Notes: a model not told the origin generated them from the letters alone. A DNA stretch of 64,000 bases from Alphaproteobacteria bacterium (GCA_030431825.1 JAUIIJ010000003.1:108084-172083), one strand, 5' to 3'. Shown: positions 34,353 to 43,935, counted from the stretch's first letter. Translations and numbers: made by a program.

Positions 34353-35441
34353 CTATTCTTCTGCCTCGTCGGGAACGATCAGTTCCAGATCGCCCGACTG
34401 CTCCTGCGCCCGGATCGCGGCGATCACCTCGGTCATGGCGGCTTCACCATCCCGCGCCTTGACCTTGCCTCTTTCCTCTACCTCTTCGCGCACACTGTCC
34501 GCGAGCCGGCTCGGCATGTTTCCGAGCAGGAATTCGGCAGAGCGTCGGGTATCGTCATCGGTTGCAGCGGCGAGAGCGGTCACAAGCACATCCTGTTCTA
34601 CTGCGCGGACCAAGGCGGGCACGTCGCGCGGCCGCACGCGATCGGGAATGTGGGCAAAGATGAAGATCGATTTGCGCACCGTGCTGGCGAATTCCTGATC
34701 GGTTTCGTCCAGTCCTGTCAGCATGTCGTCGCGGGTCGTGGCGGCAGACTGGTTGAGAATGGCACCGATCCGCGCCCCCGGTGCGTCATCGAAGGCAACG
34801 GGCGCCTTGTGGTCGAGTTGCGAGGCGAGCGACAGGCCGATCCTGTCCACGGCGTCGGGGGTGACCTTGCCGGTTTGCGAAACGGCATAGGTGATACGCC
34901 GCGCCAGTGGACCGGGCAGCGCGCCGAGCAGTTCCGCGGCCTTGCCGGTGTCGAGTTTCGACAGAAGTACGGCAGCAACCTCGATACACTCGGCCTGCGC
35001 CATTCGGACCAGATCCTCGATGGGAAGCGCCCTGAGACGCGCCCAGGGATCGCCCGCCTGTCGCACACCCGCCTCCTTGCGCAACCGTGCCGCGGTCTGG
35101 GGGCTGATTTTTCCGTCCATGGCCGAGATCGCCTCGGCCAGCCCCTTGGGAAAGGACAGTCCGACGCCATCCAGAACCCCGGCGAATTCCTCGACCACCG
35201 AAAACAGCGTGGTCCGGTCGATGAGACCCATCGAGCCCATCTGTTGAATCAGCCGCGCCTGCAACTCGTCCGGCAAATCCTCGAGCGGGAGATCCGCCCC
35301 CTCATTCAGCAGCAGGCGCACGACAATCGCCGCCTTTGCCTTGGAATTCAGTTTGCTGACCGGGGCCGGGGCCTCTGCCTGCGGAGTGTTGGTGCCCGTC
35401 GCCGCAATCGGCAAGCTGGAAACCTGTGTGAGTTGCTGCAT
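34353..35441 (-). CDS. fliG: Flagellar motor switch protein FliG (solitary, divergent)
   Basis: KAAIVVRLL, AAVLLSKLD..KAAELLGALP, VRKSIFIF, FLLGNMPSRLADSVREE. Confidence 0.75.
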   Translation of the reverse strand: MQQLTQVSSLPIAATGTNTPQAEAPAPVSKLNSKAKAAIVVRLLLNEGADLPLEDLPDELQARLIQQMGSMGLIDRTTLFSVVEEFAGVLDGVGLSFPKGLAEAISAMDGKISPQTAARLRKEAGVRQAGDPWARLRALPIEDLVRMAQAECIEVAAVLLSKLDTGKAAELLGALPGPLARRITYAVSQTGKVTPDAVDRIGLSLASQLDHKAPVAFDDAPGARIGAILNQSAATTRDDMLTGLDETDQEFASTVRKSIFIFAHIPDRVRPRDVPALVRAVEQDVLVTALAAATDDDTRRSAEFLLGNMPSRLADSVREEVEERGKVKARDGEAAMTEVIAAIRAQEQSGDLELIVPDEAEE

Positions 35442-35499
35442 GCTCTGGCCGCGCCTTCATGACCTGATCCGTGAACCGGGTCAGACTAGGGCACAAGCC

Positions 35500-35515
35500 G
35501 TAAACAAAGCCTGAA
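35500..35515 (-). promoter_or_regulatory. Possible CtrA box upstream of fliG
   Basis: Minus strand TTCA-N7-TTTAC versus consensus TTAA-N7-TTAAC (2 mismatches), about 60 bp before the start. Confidence 0.3.
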
Positions 35516-35517
35516 AA

Positions 35518-36057
35518 TCAATAGTTATAGGTCATGCCGGTCCGGATCGCTTCGCGCAGGGACATCTCGGCCCAGCTGCCGCTGCCTGCGCGCGCGTTGA
35601 TCTCGCGCCACTGCGCGATGGCCTCGTCCGTGCGGCCTTCCTCGACAAGGCCCTGTCCCATGTAGGAGCGGGCCAGGATATTGTCCGGGTTCCGCTCGAT
35701 CGCGCGTGCATAGAAGATTTTGGCCTGGGCGGTGTTTCCCAGCTTGCGATGGGTAAAACCCCAATAGGTCAGCACACGATCATCCGATTGATCGCGCATC
35801 GCAATCAATACGCCCTGTGCATCAGCATAGCGACCGGCATAGGCCAGCTCGCGCGCGGCGTCATACAACTCGTCGCTGTTCAGCGTGGCGTTGTCGGGGG
35901 CCACGCATTTCTGCGTTGCCGGGTCCCAGACCTTAACGCCCTTGCAGGATTTGGTTGTGCTGGTCGGTTTTGGTGGCGCATCGTCACTGGCGCCAAGGGC
36001 AATCCCCGGGATCGCAGCCAGCAACAGAAGGGCGACATGAATCTTCGGTTTCGACAT
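35518..36057 (-). CDS. Secreted tetratricopeptide repeat protein with N-terminal 2-Cys module
   Basis: Signal peptide; CKGVKVWDPATQKCV; TPR-like VLTYWGFTHRKLG, YARAIERNPDNILARSYMG. Confidence 0.8.
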   Translation of the reverse strand: MSKPKIHVALLLLAAIPGIALGASDDAPPKPTSTTKSCKGVKVWDPATQKCVAPDNATLNSDELYDAARELAYAGRYADAQGVLIAMRDQSDDRVLTYWGFTHRKLGNTAQAKIFYARAIERNPDNILARSYMGQGLVEEGRTDEAIAQWREINARAGSGSWAEMSLREAIRTGMTYNY

Positions 36058-36144
36058 GTTCTGCTCTGCCGCCTTGCCGGGCACTCGCGCCCTCAGTTCG
36101 CGGAACATCCGGTTCCGGGCGTTCGATGTCGGCGGCGCGTGCGA

Positions 36145-36303
36145 TCAGCTGTTGATCTGCTCGACGCAACTTTCAGAGACGGCATCCCATGTCGTGCCGG
36201 GAGCACAGGATTGCGCCTGATGCTTGCGATCCGAGCACATCGCGAAGGACATGGCGGGCAGGGCGACAAGCACCAGGGTTGCTGCGACAGTCTTGAGGGT
36301 CAT
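36145..36303 (-). CDS. Small secreted Cys-containing protein (52 aa)
   Basis: GGAG RBS before ATG; signal peptide ending SFA-M; SCAPGTTWDAVSESCV. Confidence 0.7.
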   Translation of the reverse strand: MTLKTVAATLVLVALPAMSFAMCSDRKHQAQSCAPGTTWDAVSESCVEQINS

Positions 36304-36379
36304 GAATGATCTCCAGTCAGGTTCCGGGCATCGATCTTGGGCATTCACGGCAGAGTGTAGCGCGCTAGCGTGGTTTCTC

Positions 36380-36424
36380 AAAACGAAAAGGGCCCGGACT
36401 GGCACAACCGGGCCAATCCGGGCC
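36380..36424 (-). terminator. Probable intrinsic terminator after purB
   Basis: GGCCCGGA..TCCGGGCC stem followed by CTTTTCGTTTT on the minus strand. Confidence 0.6.
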
Positions 36425-36453
36425 ATGTCTGACTGCGCTGCTGCGCAGCAACC

Positions 36454-37758
36454 CTAGTCCTTGAAGACGCGCGCGAAAATCGTGTCCACGTGCTTGGTGT
36501 GATACCCGAGATCGAATTTCTCCTCGATCTCTTCTGGCGACAGCGCCTTGAGCACGTCTGCATCGTTGAGCAGTTCGGTCTTGAAATCCTTGCCTTCTTC
36601 CCAGACCTTCATCGCGTTTCGCTGCACCAGCTTGTAGGAGTCCTCGCGCGATACACCCGCCTGGGTCAGGGCCAGCAGAACCCGCTGGCTCATCACGAGG
36701 CCGCGGAATTTGTTCATGTTGGCCAGCATGTTGTCGGGATAGATCACCAGCTTGTCCACCACCTGGGTCAGGCGCGCGAGCGCGAAATCCAGCGTGATCG
36801 TGGTGTCGGGGCCGATATTGCGCTCGACCGAGGAATGGCTGATGTCACGCTCGTGCCAGAGCGCGACGTTTTCCATTGCCGGGATCACCGCCATGCGCAC
36901 GAGGCGGGCGAGACCGGTCAGGTTCTCGGTCAGCACCGGGTTGCGCTTGTGCGGCATCGCGCTGCTGCCTTTCTGGCCCTTTGAGAAAAACTCCTCGGCT
37001 TCCAGAACCTCGGTACGCTGCATGTGGCGGATTTCGATGGCGATGTTCTCGATCGAACTGCCAACAACGCCAAGCGCGGCAAAAAACGCGGCGTGGCGAT
37101 CGCGCGGAATGACCTGGGTGCTGATGGGTTCGGGTTCGAGCCCCATCTTGGCGCAGACATGCTCTTCGACCGCCGGATCGATATTGGCAAAGGTGCCGAC
37201 CGCGCCGGAGATCGCGCCGGTCGCAATCTCTTTGCGCGCGGCCTTCAGGCGGTTCATGTTGCGATCCATTTCGGCGTAGAACCGGGCAAAGGTCAGACCC
37301 ATCGTCGTCGGTTCGGCGTGAATGCCGTGGCTGCGGCCGATGCGCACCGTGTCCTTGTGTTCGAGCGCGCGGCGTTTGAGCGCAGCGAGCAGTCCCTTCA
37401 TGTCTTCGATCAGGATGTCGGCGGCGCGTACCAGCTGCACGTTGAAGGTGGTGTCGAGCACGTCCGAACTGGTCATGCCCTGATGAACGAAGCGGGCCTC
37501 GTCATTGCCGATGATCTCGGCCAGATGCGTGAGAAAGGCAATGACATCATGTTTGGTGACGGCCTCGATCTCGTCGATGCGGGCAACGTCGAACTCGACA
37601 TCCCTGGCTTTCCACACCGCTTCTGCGTTTTCGCGCGGGATCACCCCGAGATCGGCCTGCGCGTCACAGGCATGGGCCTCGATTTCGTACCAGATGCGGA
37701 ATTTGGTTTCCGGGCTCCAGATGGCGACCATGTCAGGGCGGGAATAGCGGGGGATCAT
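36454..37758 (-). CDS. purB: Adenylosuccinate lyase
   Basis: MIPRYSRP, HQGMTSSD, GRSHGIHAEP, GSSAMPHKRNP. Confidence 0.97.
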   Translation of the reverse strand: MIPRYSRPDMVAIWSPETKFRIWYEIEAHACDAQADLGVIPRENAEAVWKARDVEFDVARIDEIEAVTKHDVIAFLTHLAEIIGNDEARFVHQGMTSSDVLDTTFNVQLVRAADILIEDMKGLLAALKRRALEHKDTVRIGRSHGIHAEPTTMGLTFARFYAEMDRNMNRLKAARKEIATGAISGAVGTFANIDPAVEEHVCAKMGLEPEPISTQVIPRDRHAAFFAALGVVGSSIENIAIEIRHMQRTEVLEAEEFFSKGQKGSSAMPHKRNPVLTENLTGLARLVRMAVIPAMENVALWHERDISHSSVERNIGPDTTITLDFALARLTQVVDKLVIYPDNMLANMNKFRGLVMSQRVLLALTQAGVSREDSYKLVQRNAMKVWEEGKDFKTELLNDADVLKALSPEEIEEKFDLGYHTKHVDTIFARVFKD

Positions 37759-37878
37759 TGGCAGCGGCACCTTTTTATGATTGTGCGAGACTTGCGCCGC
37801 CTCTTAAACCGGTGGTGCAGTGGCGACAAGCCGGGAGAGACAAGATGGGACGGTTTGCCCAGAATCCGATGACCTGCC

Positions 37879-38292
37879 ATGCGTGAACGGGCGCGCGGCC
37901 TGCGGGATTTTACCGGTCGATGGACCTTGCAGCGCGTGATCGAACACGCCGACGGCACGCATGCGCGTTTCGACGGGCACGCGGTTTGGAGCGAGGATGG
38001 CGAGGGCCTGATGCAGGAGGAAACCGGGGCGTTGCGTATCGGCGACGGCAAACCGGTGACGGCAACGCGCCGGTATCTCTGGCGGCCGGAATTGGCGGTC
38101 CATTTCGACGATGGCCGATTTTTCCACGATGTCCCTCCCTTTGGGGGCGAGACGGCGCATTGGTGTGCGCCCGATCAGTATGACGGCGTTTACGCGTTTC
38201 CGTCATGGACGGAATTTCGCGTGACGTGGCACGTGGCAGGGCCGCGAAAATCCTATCGCATGGAAAGTCTCTATCGCAGGATTGGCTGCTGA
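37879..38292 (+). CDS. DUF6314-like protein
   Basis: F.GRW.L.R.I, RRYLW, F.DGRFFH, HWCAPDQY, V.GPRKSY motifs. Confidence 0.7.
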   Translation: MRERARGLRDFTGRWTLQRVIEHADGTHARFDGHAVWSEDGEGLMQEETGALRIGDGKPVTATRRYLWRPELAVHFDDGRFFHDVPPFGGETAHWCAPDQYDGVYAFPSWTEFRVTWHVAGPRKSYRMESLYRRIGC

Positions 38293-38297
38293 CCCCG

Positions 38298-38558
38298 TTA
38301 CCTGCGGCGGCGCAGCGCATCCAGCGCGGTCTTGTTGACACAATACATCGGGGCCGCATCCAACCGCGCGCTGCGGTCCTGCAGCCTGCGGCAATCGGCC
38401 TGGGCGGAACAGCCACTGCACCTGATCGCCATTGCGCGCATCATCGGTGCATAGCGCTGCGGGTCACGGGCAACGAGATCCGCAACTTCCGCGCGCAGGC
38501 GTTCGGCCATGCCGTTCACAAGATCGGTGCTCATGCCGAGTTTCGAGAGAAGACCCAT
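38298..38558 (-). CDS. DUF6455-like small 4-Cys protein
   Basis: LVNGMAERL..RCSGC....DC...PMYCVNK. Confidence 0.7.
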   Translation of the reverse strand: MGLLSKLGMSTDLVNGMAERLRAEVADLVARDPQRYAPMMRAMAIRCSGCSAQADCRRLQDRSARLDAAPMYCVNKTALDALRRRR

Positions 38559-38633
38559 GATCTTTGTCCTTGTCGTCGCGCAGTCGGGCCTGCGCTATCC
38601 TTGCGATTGTCGCATGATAGCGCCGAAAGCGAA

Positions 38634-38647
38634 TTGACCTGAATCAA
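38634..38647 (-). promoter_or_regulatory. FNR/FnrL binding site (class II promoter of the DUF6455 gene)
   Basis: TTGAC-CTGA-ATCAA versus TTGAT-N4-ATCAA; a centre at -41.5 puts +1 near 38599 and a GACAAT -10 at 38611-38606. Confidence 0.7.
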
Positions 38648-38740
38648 CCGCAAGGGTTCTGCAGGGGCAAAATCTGCTTGTTGCACTGCAGCATCTGCGG
38701 CATCAAGGTGCCAGACCGACCACAAAACAGGATATTTCAA

Positions 38741-39328
38741 ATGACCCAAGCCGTCCTCACCCAGGCCATCGGGCCGAAATCCGGCACCGCGCTGCGCCTG
38801 AAACAGGCTGCTCTCGTGCTCGCGGGCATTCTCGCTCTGGCGGTGGCCGCCAAGATCAAGGTGCCGATGTGGCCCGTTCCGATCACCATGGGTACGTTTG
38901 CCGTGCTCTCCATCGGTGCCGCATATGGCGCACGGCTCGGGCTGGTTACGATCCTCGGCTACCTGCTTGTGGGCGCGCTCGGTTTCGACGTGTTCGCCGG
39001 CTCCTCTGCCGAAACGGCGGGTCTGACATACATGATGGGCGGCACCGGCGGCTATCTCGTGGGATACGTGCTTGCGACCCTGGCGCTTGGCGCGCTGGCG
39101 GCGCGTGGCTGGGACCGGTCCTTCGGGACGATGGCTCTGGCGCTGCTGATCGGCAACGCGCTGATCTACATTCCGGGTCTCGCGTGGCTCGGCCATCTCT
39201 ATGGCTGGGACAAACCGATCCTCGAGTGGGGCCTGACCCCGTTCCTGGTTGGCGATGCGATCAAGCTGGCGCTGGCCGCCGTGCTTGTGCCGGCGCTCTG
39301 GAAACTCGTGGGCTCCGTGCGTCACTGA
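38741..39328 (+). CDS. bioY: Biotin transporter BioY
   Basis: PVPITMGTFAVL, GGTGGYLVGY, GLTPFLVGDAIK. Confidence 0.92.
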   Translation: MTQAVLTQAIGPKSGTALRLKQAALVLAGILALAVAAKIKVPMWPVPITMGTFAVLSIGAAYGARLGLVTILGYLLVGALGFDVFAGSSAETAGLTYMMGGTGGYLVGYVLATLALGALAARGWDRSFGTMALALLIGNALIYIPGLAWLGHLYGWDKPILEWGLTPFLVGDAIKLALAAVLVPALWKLVGSVRH

Positions 39329-39356
39329 TCGACGGTGTCACAACCTGACCAACGAC

Positions 39357-39388
39357 GGCCCCGGAGTTTCCGCTCCGGGGCCTTTTTT
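39357..39388 (+). terminator. Intrinsic terminator after bioY
   Basis: GGCCCCGGAG-tttccg-CTCCGGGGCC followed by TTTTTT. Confidence 0.85.
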
Positions 39389-39739
39389 GTGACCTGTCCA
39401 CGATAGATGCTGTCGGCGAAAGTTCGAAAGCCGCAATACGAGTGCTCTGCGCCTTGTCACCGCGCGATGGTTGCGCCGGTTTTTATCCGAGTTTGGGAAA
39501 CAATGCTTCGAAAGTGAAGATTTTGTAGCAAACGACGAAACCAATCGTCGCGCTGCATTGAGTATTGGCGGACCCGAAACTGCACATCTCGTCACGAAAC
39601 CCTAACAATTCACTGAAATTGAGGAATTGCCTGATGAGCGGAAATCCGCTCTTCTAGTTGCGGCCTTCCTTTCCGGTCTGGCGCTGCGACCGAAACCGGA
39701 TGTGGCGGGCGATACATAACCATCAAATGGAATAGAATT

Positions 39740-41062
39740 ATGGATATTACCGGAACCAACAGAAGAGACATTCTGAGCGGCACGGCCCTTGATGACAACA
39801 TCCGTGGGCTGGGCGGCAACGACGTTCTTCGAGGGCTGGACGGCAACGATGTACTGGACGGCGGGAATGGCCGCGATGTCCTGCACGGAGGCGCGGGTGA
39901 CAATTTGTTTATCGGTGGCGTCGGCGACGACACCTATGTGCTGAGCGGTCGCTATGAGACAATAGAAGTCGGCCTCGGCGACGACCGCGTCGATCTCGGT
40001 TCGTTTTCGCAGGGCGACGGGTATCTGACGCTGTACGCCCACGCGAACGCGCTCGGTCTTTTCGCGCTCATAGATGGCGAAGAGGATTTCGGTGTCCTGC
40101 GGATCGACAATGGCCTCAACGATGAGGGGCTGGTGTTTTTCGATGACCTCAACAACGCATTGCAGCTCGATTTTTCAAAGCCCGAAGGCGGCATGGGGCT
40201 CATTGGAACCGCCTATGACGACACCTTCCTGATCGATCCCGGCGCGCAGGGCTGGATTCAGATCCGGCCGGGCGAGGGCGAGGACCTGATCCAGATCGAG
40301 GGTGCGGCTGGCACAGTGCGACTGGACTATTCCGATCAGACGGACGGTATCTTTGCCAATCTGAAATTCGGGACCGTCATTGACGGCAGCCCGGGGTTTG
40401 TCATCGATCGCATCGTCGGCGAAGGTCATGTTTCCGAACTGCGGGCGACGGATCACGACGACATCATCTATGGCAGCAGAGAGGACGAGACATTCATCCT
40501 GCGGCAGGGCGATGATTTTCTTTCGGGTGGCGGCGGCGTGGATACGGTCAGGTATGACCGCTCGGGTGTCGAGGCGGTGAACGTCAACCTGGCCCAGCGT
40601 TCGGCCACCGGCACCTGGAACGGTGAGGAATTTACCCACACGCTGAAGAACATCGAGAATATCAGGGGGTCGCGCAATGACAACGACCGTCTCATCGGGA
40701 ACAACAAGGACAATCACATAGATGGCCGCGGTGGCGCCGATTTCATCCAGGGCAAGCGCGGTGACGATGTGCTGATTGGCGGCGGCGGGAATGACAAGTT
40801 CATCTTCCGCAACAACGACGGGGATGATGTCATCGTCGACTTCAATACCGCAAGCAACGCGGAAAAGATCAACCTCAGGGCTGTCTCCGCAATCACCAGT
40901 TTCAACGATCTCAGGGCCAACCACCTGACCGAGGTTTCGGTTCAACCGGACGGTTCGCCATCGCCCGTCCCGACCGCCTTCATCGATGATGGCGCGGGGC
41001 TGACAATCCTGCTCCAGGGGGTGCGGATGGCCGATCTGGAGAGTGGTGACTTCATTTTCTGA
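39740..41062 (+). CDS. RTX (hemolysin-type) calcium-binding protein
   Basis: GGxGxDxL nonapeptides in several clusters, no signal peptide, T1SS-type C-terminus (DGDDVIVDF..GDFIF). Confidence 0.85.
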   Translation: MDITGTNRRDILSGTALDDNIRGLGGNDVLRGLDGNDVLDGGNGRDVLHGGAGDNLFIGGVGDDTYVLSGRYETIEVGLGDDRVDLGSFSQGDGYLTLYAHANALGLFALIDGEEDFGVLRIDNGLNDEGLVFFDDLNNALQLDFSKPEGGMGLIGTAYDDTFLIDPGAQGWIQIRPGEGEDLIQIEGAAGTVRLDYSDQTDGIFANLKFGTVIDGSPGFVIDRIVGEGHVSELRATDHDDIIYGSREDETFILRQGDDFLSGGGGVDTVRYDRSGVEAVNVNLAQRSATGTWNGEEFTHTLKNIENIRGSRNDNDRLIGNNKDNHIDGRGGADFIQGKRGDDVLIGGGGNDKFIFRNNDGDDVIVDFNTASNAEKINLRAVSAITSFNDLRANHLTEVSVQPDGSPSPVPTAFIDDGAGLTILLQGVRMADLESGDFIF

Positions 41063-41136
41063 ACCGATGGCGGGCACCTGCAACGGGTGCCCGCGACCGT
41101 CGGTGTCACGCGCCCGACGACATGCCCGGTCTTTCG

Positions 41137-42363
41137 TCAGTCGCGTTCATCCTCGCGCGGCCGCGTTTCGACACGTGCGCCATGTTCAAGCGTCTGATGC
41201 ACCGGGCATTTGTCGGCGATCTCCATCAGCCTCTGGCGTTGTTCATCATCCAGTTGCCCCTCCAGCGCGATGCGGCGCACGAAGGCATCGATACGGTTGG
41301 ACTGGTTGGTTTGCGCGTCGCGCACATGCACCTTGTCATGGCTGACATCGACGGAGACATGATCCAGCGGCCATCCCTTGCGGCGTGCGTACATGCGGAT
41401 CGTCATCGAGGTACAGGCACCAAGCCCGGCGGAAAGGAGCCCGTAGGGCGAGAGGCCGCGATCGGTGCCTCCGAACCCTTTTGGCTCGTCGGCGTAGATG
41501 TGGTTCTCCGGCCCTGACTGGACATCCTGCAGGAACCCGTCGGGATCGGCCTCCGAGACCCGCACGATTCCCTCGGGCGGGCCGTCTGCCGTGGCCGGTG
41601 AGGCCAGATCGACATAGCGCGTCAGCCAGGCGGCGATGACATCCGCGGCATATTCCGCGTCGGCGGCACGCGAAATCAGGTGATCCGCATCGTCCAGTGT
41701 GACAAAGCTCTTGGGGTGCTTTGCCGCCAGGAAAATGTCGCTGGCGTTCGCGATCCCGACAGTGTCGTCGCCCGGCGCGTGCATCACCAGCAGGGCCGCG
41801 CGAAGGGACGATATGGCCGGGGCAAGCTGCTCGGCGCAGACATCCTCGACAAATTCCCTGCTGATGGTGAACGGACGCCCGGCGAGCATGACATCCGCCG
41901 ACCCCTTTTGCCGTATTTCGGACAGCGCGCCGGAAAAGTTATGCGTGACGTGGCCCGGATCAAACGGGGCGCCGAGTGTAACGACCGCCTTGACGCCATC
42001 GATTTCAGGCGCGGATTTGAGCACCGCGCTGCCGCCGAGCGAGTGACCGATGAGCACGTCGGGCGCCATGTCCCGCGTGCGCAGCCACTCTGCCGCAGCG
42101 ACCAGATCCTGCACGTTGGATGAAAACGACGTGTTGGCGAACTCGCCCCCGGAATGCCCGAGACCGGTAAAGTCGAAGCGCAACACCGCAATTCCCATCC
42201 CCGCGAGCCGGCCGGCGATGCGGCGCGCGGCCTGGATGTCCTTGCCGCAGGTGAAACAATGCGCAAACAGGGCCGTCGCGAGAACCGGACCATCGGGGAG
42301 ATCGAGCCGCGCGGCCAGGGTGCTGCCATCATGGCCGGGAAAGGTGACGCGTTCTGTGGGCAT
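41137..42363 (-). CDS. Bifunctional alpha/beta hydrolase - OsmC family protein
   Basis: FAHCFTCGK, GHSLGG, LGACTSMT, ADKCPVH. Confidence 0.9.
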   Translation of the reverse strand: MPTERVTFPGHDGSTLAARLDLPDGPVLATALFAHCFTCGKDIQAARRIAGRLAGMGIAVLRFDFTGLGHSGGEFANTSFSSNVQDLVAAAEWLRTRDMAPDVLIGHSLGGSAVLKSAPEIDGVKAVVTLGAPFDPGHVTHNFSGALSEIRQKGSADVMLAGRPFTISREFVEDVCAEQLAPAISSLRAALLVMHAPGDDTVGIANASDIFLAAKHPKSFVTLDDADHLISRAADAEYAADVIAAWLTRYVDLASPATADGPPEGIVRVSEADPDGFLQDVQSGPENHIYADEPKGFGGTDRGLSPYGLLSAGLGACTSMTIRMYARRKGWPLDHVSVDVSHDKVHVRDAQTNQSNRIDAFVRRIALEGQLDDEQRQRLMEIADKCPVHQTLEHGARVETRPREDERD

Positions 42364-42468
42364 GCTGTCCTCCGTTTGTTACCCCGACATGGCCGCAGTC
42401 GCGCCGCGTGGGAAGGGAGGTCACGACAACGTGTTGCCGCTCATCCCTACATTTCAGACGGCAGGCCG

Positions 42469-43809
42469 TCAGCGCCCCATCAACGCCGCGTCGAACGGAT
42501 ATCTGGTGAGGTTCTCGTAACCGTCTTCGGTGATCAGCACCTGATCTTCGAGCTTGATCGAGAAATCGCCCCCCACCTCGCCGACGCAGGCTTCGACGCA
42601 CAGCACCATGCCCGGCTCCAGCGCATAGTCGAATGCCCCGGGAACCGCCTTGTCCGGATAGCTCACCAGCGGCCATTCATCGCACAGCCCGACCCCGTGC
42701 ATCAGACAGCCGTATTTCTGGGCCTGATACTTGTCGTCCAGACGGTGCGCGCGTGCGGTCAGTTCGGGGATCGTCACACCGGGTTTGAGCATCTCCATGT
42801 TGGTCATGATATGGTCATGCGCGTGTTGCATGGCATAGATCATGTCCGGCCGGGGCGACCGGTCGCCGATCCACCAGCTGCGCGATATGTCGATGCAGAT
42901 GCCATAGCTGCCCACCAGATCCGTATCGAAGCTTATGATCTCGTTGGGCTGGGCGATGCGGTGGCCGCATTCCTGGAACCACGGGTTGGTGCGCGGGCCC
43001 GAAGCCAGCAGGCGGGTTTCGATCCATTCACCGCCACGGCGGATGTTCTCGGCGTGCAGCACCGCCCAGATATCGTCTTCCGATGCCTCGGCAGCGGGCA
43101 CCTTGGCCCGAGCGAAATCCTCCATCGCTCGCATCGCGGTTTCACAGGCATGGCTGGCACAACGCATCGCGCGGATCTCGTCGGGGCCCTTCACGGCACG
43201 GGATTTTTCGGTGACCTCTTCGCCTTCCATGATCTCAAGGCCCTGCGCCTGCAGCGCCCGCAACCCGTGCAGCATCATCTTGTCCACCGCCAGCCGCATG
43301 TTGCCGGGCGCATGTTCGGCCAGCAGCACGCGCACTTCGTTGGCAAAGACATCGGCGGCGACGTCCACCTTGTCGCCCCGGTCGAAATAGAACAGGTCTG
43401 CACCGCTGCGCCGTTCCCGGACAAGGGGGTTGAATTTGCTGAGAAAGGGGGAGTTCTTGTAGTCCCAGATCACCATATGGCCATCGGCGCAGAGCAGGAC
43501 CGCGCGGAACGGATTATGCGCATTCCACAGCTGCATGTTGGTGCTGTCGGTAGCGTAGCGGATGTTCAGGGGATCAAACATCAGCAGCCCGCCATAATCG
43601 CGATCGACCAGGTGTCGCGTCAATCTTGCCCAGCGGTATTCGCGCATCGCCGGCAGATCGGGCAGCACCAGCCCCGCCGCCTGCCACTCGGACAGGGCGA
43701 GCCGGGTGGGGCCGATTTCCATGCGGTCCTGATTATTGGGGGTTCCATCGCCCAGTGTTTCACCCCGGCTGGGATCGATCTTGCGCGTGTCGCGGTAATG
43801 AGTATCCAT
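42469..43809 (-). CDS. dddP: DMSP lyase DddP (M24 peptidase fold)
   Basis: RKIDPSRG..NNQDRMEIGPT N-terminus, RYATDSTNMQLW, FDTDL, DISRSW, MHGVGLCDEWP, KLEDQVL. Confidence 0.88.
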   Translation of the reverse strand: MDTHYRDTRKIDPSRGETLGDGTPNNQDRMEIGPTRLALSEWQAAGLVLPDLPAMREYRWARLTRHLVDRDYGGLLMFDPLNIRYATDSTNMQLWNAHNPFRAVLLCADGHMVIWDYKNSPFLSKFNPLVRERRSGADLFYFDRGDKVDVAADVFANEVRVLLAEHAPGNMRLAVDKMMLHGLRALQAQGLEIMEGEEVTEKSRAVKGPDEIRAMRCASHACETAMRAMEDFARAKVPAAEASEDDIWAVLHAENIRRGGEWIETRLLASGPRTNPWFQECGHRIAQPNEIISFDTDLVGSYGICIDISRSWWIGDRSPRPDMIYAMQHAHDHIMTNMEMLKPGVTIPELTARAHRLDDKYQAQKYGCLMHGVGLCDEWPLVSYPDKAVPGAFDYALEPGMVLCVEACVGEVGGDFSIKLEDQVLITEDGYENLTRYPFDAALMGR

Positions 43810-43935
43810 CGCCCACCTCCTCGGAGAAGGGTGCGGGGCGTCGGGCCGGATTTCCGCTTTGAAAGCGACGGACGCCATGTCGTTTTGCGACCGGATCAAC
43901 CAGTGCCGGCAACACGTTGTCACCTGCTCCGGACA

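Noticed and set aside
36344-36368. Fourth MITE end (AGAGTGTAGCGCGCTAG)
   Set aside because: The match is too short and the internal TTGAAAT block is missing
39630-39700. Hammerhead ribozyme suggested by CTGATGA followed by a hairpin and a later GAAAC
   Set aside because: Stem II is followed by TCTT rather than GAAA, and no consistent stems I and III were found
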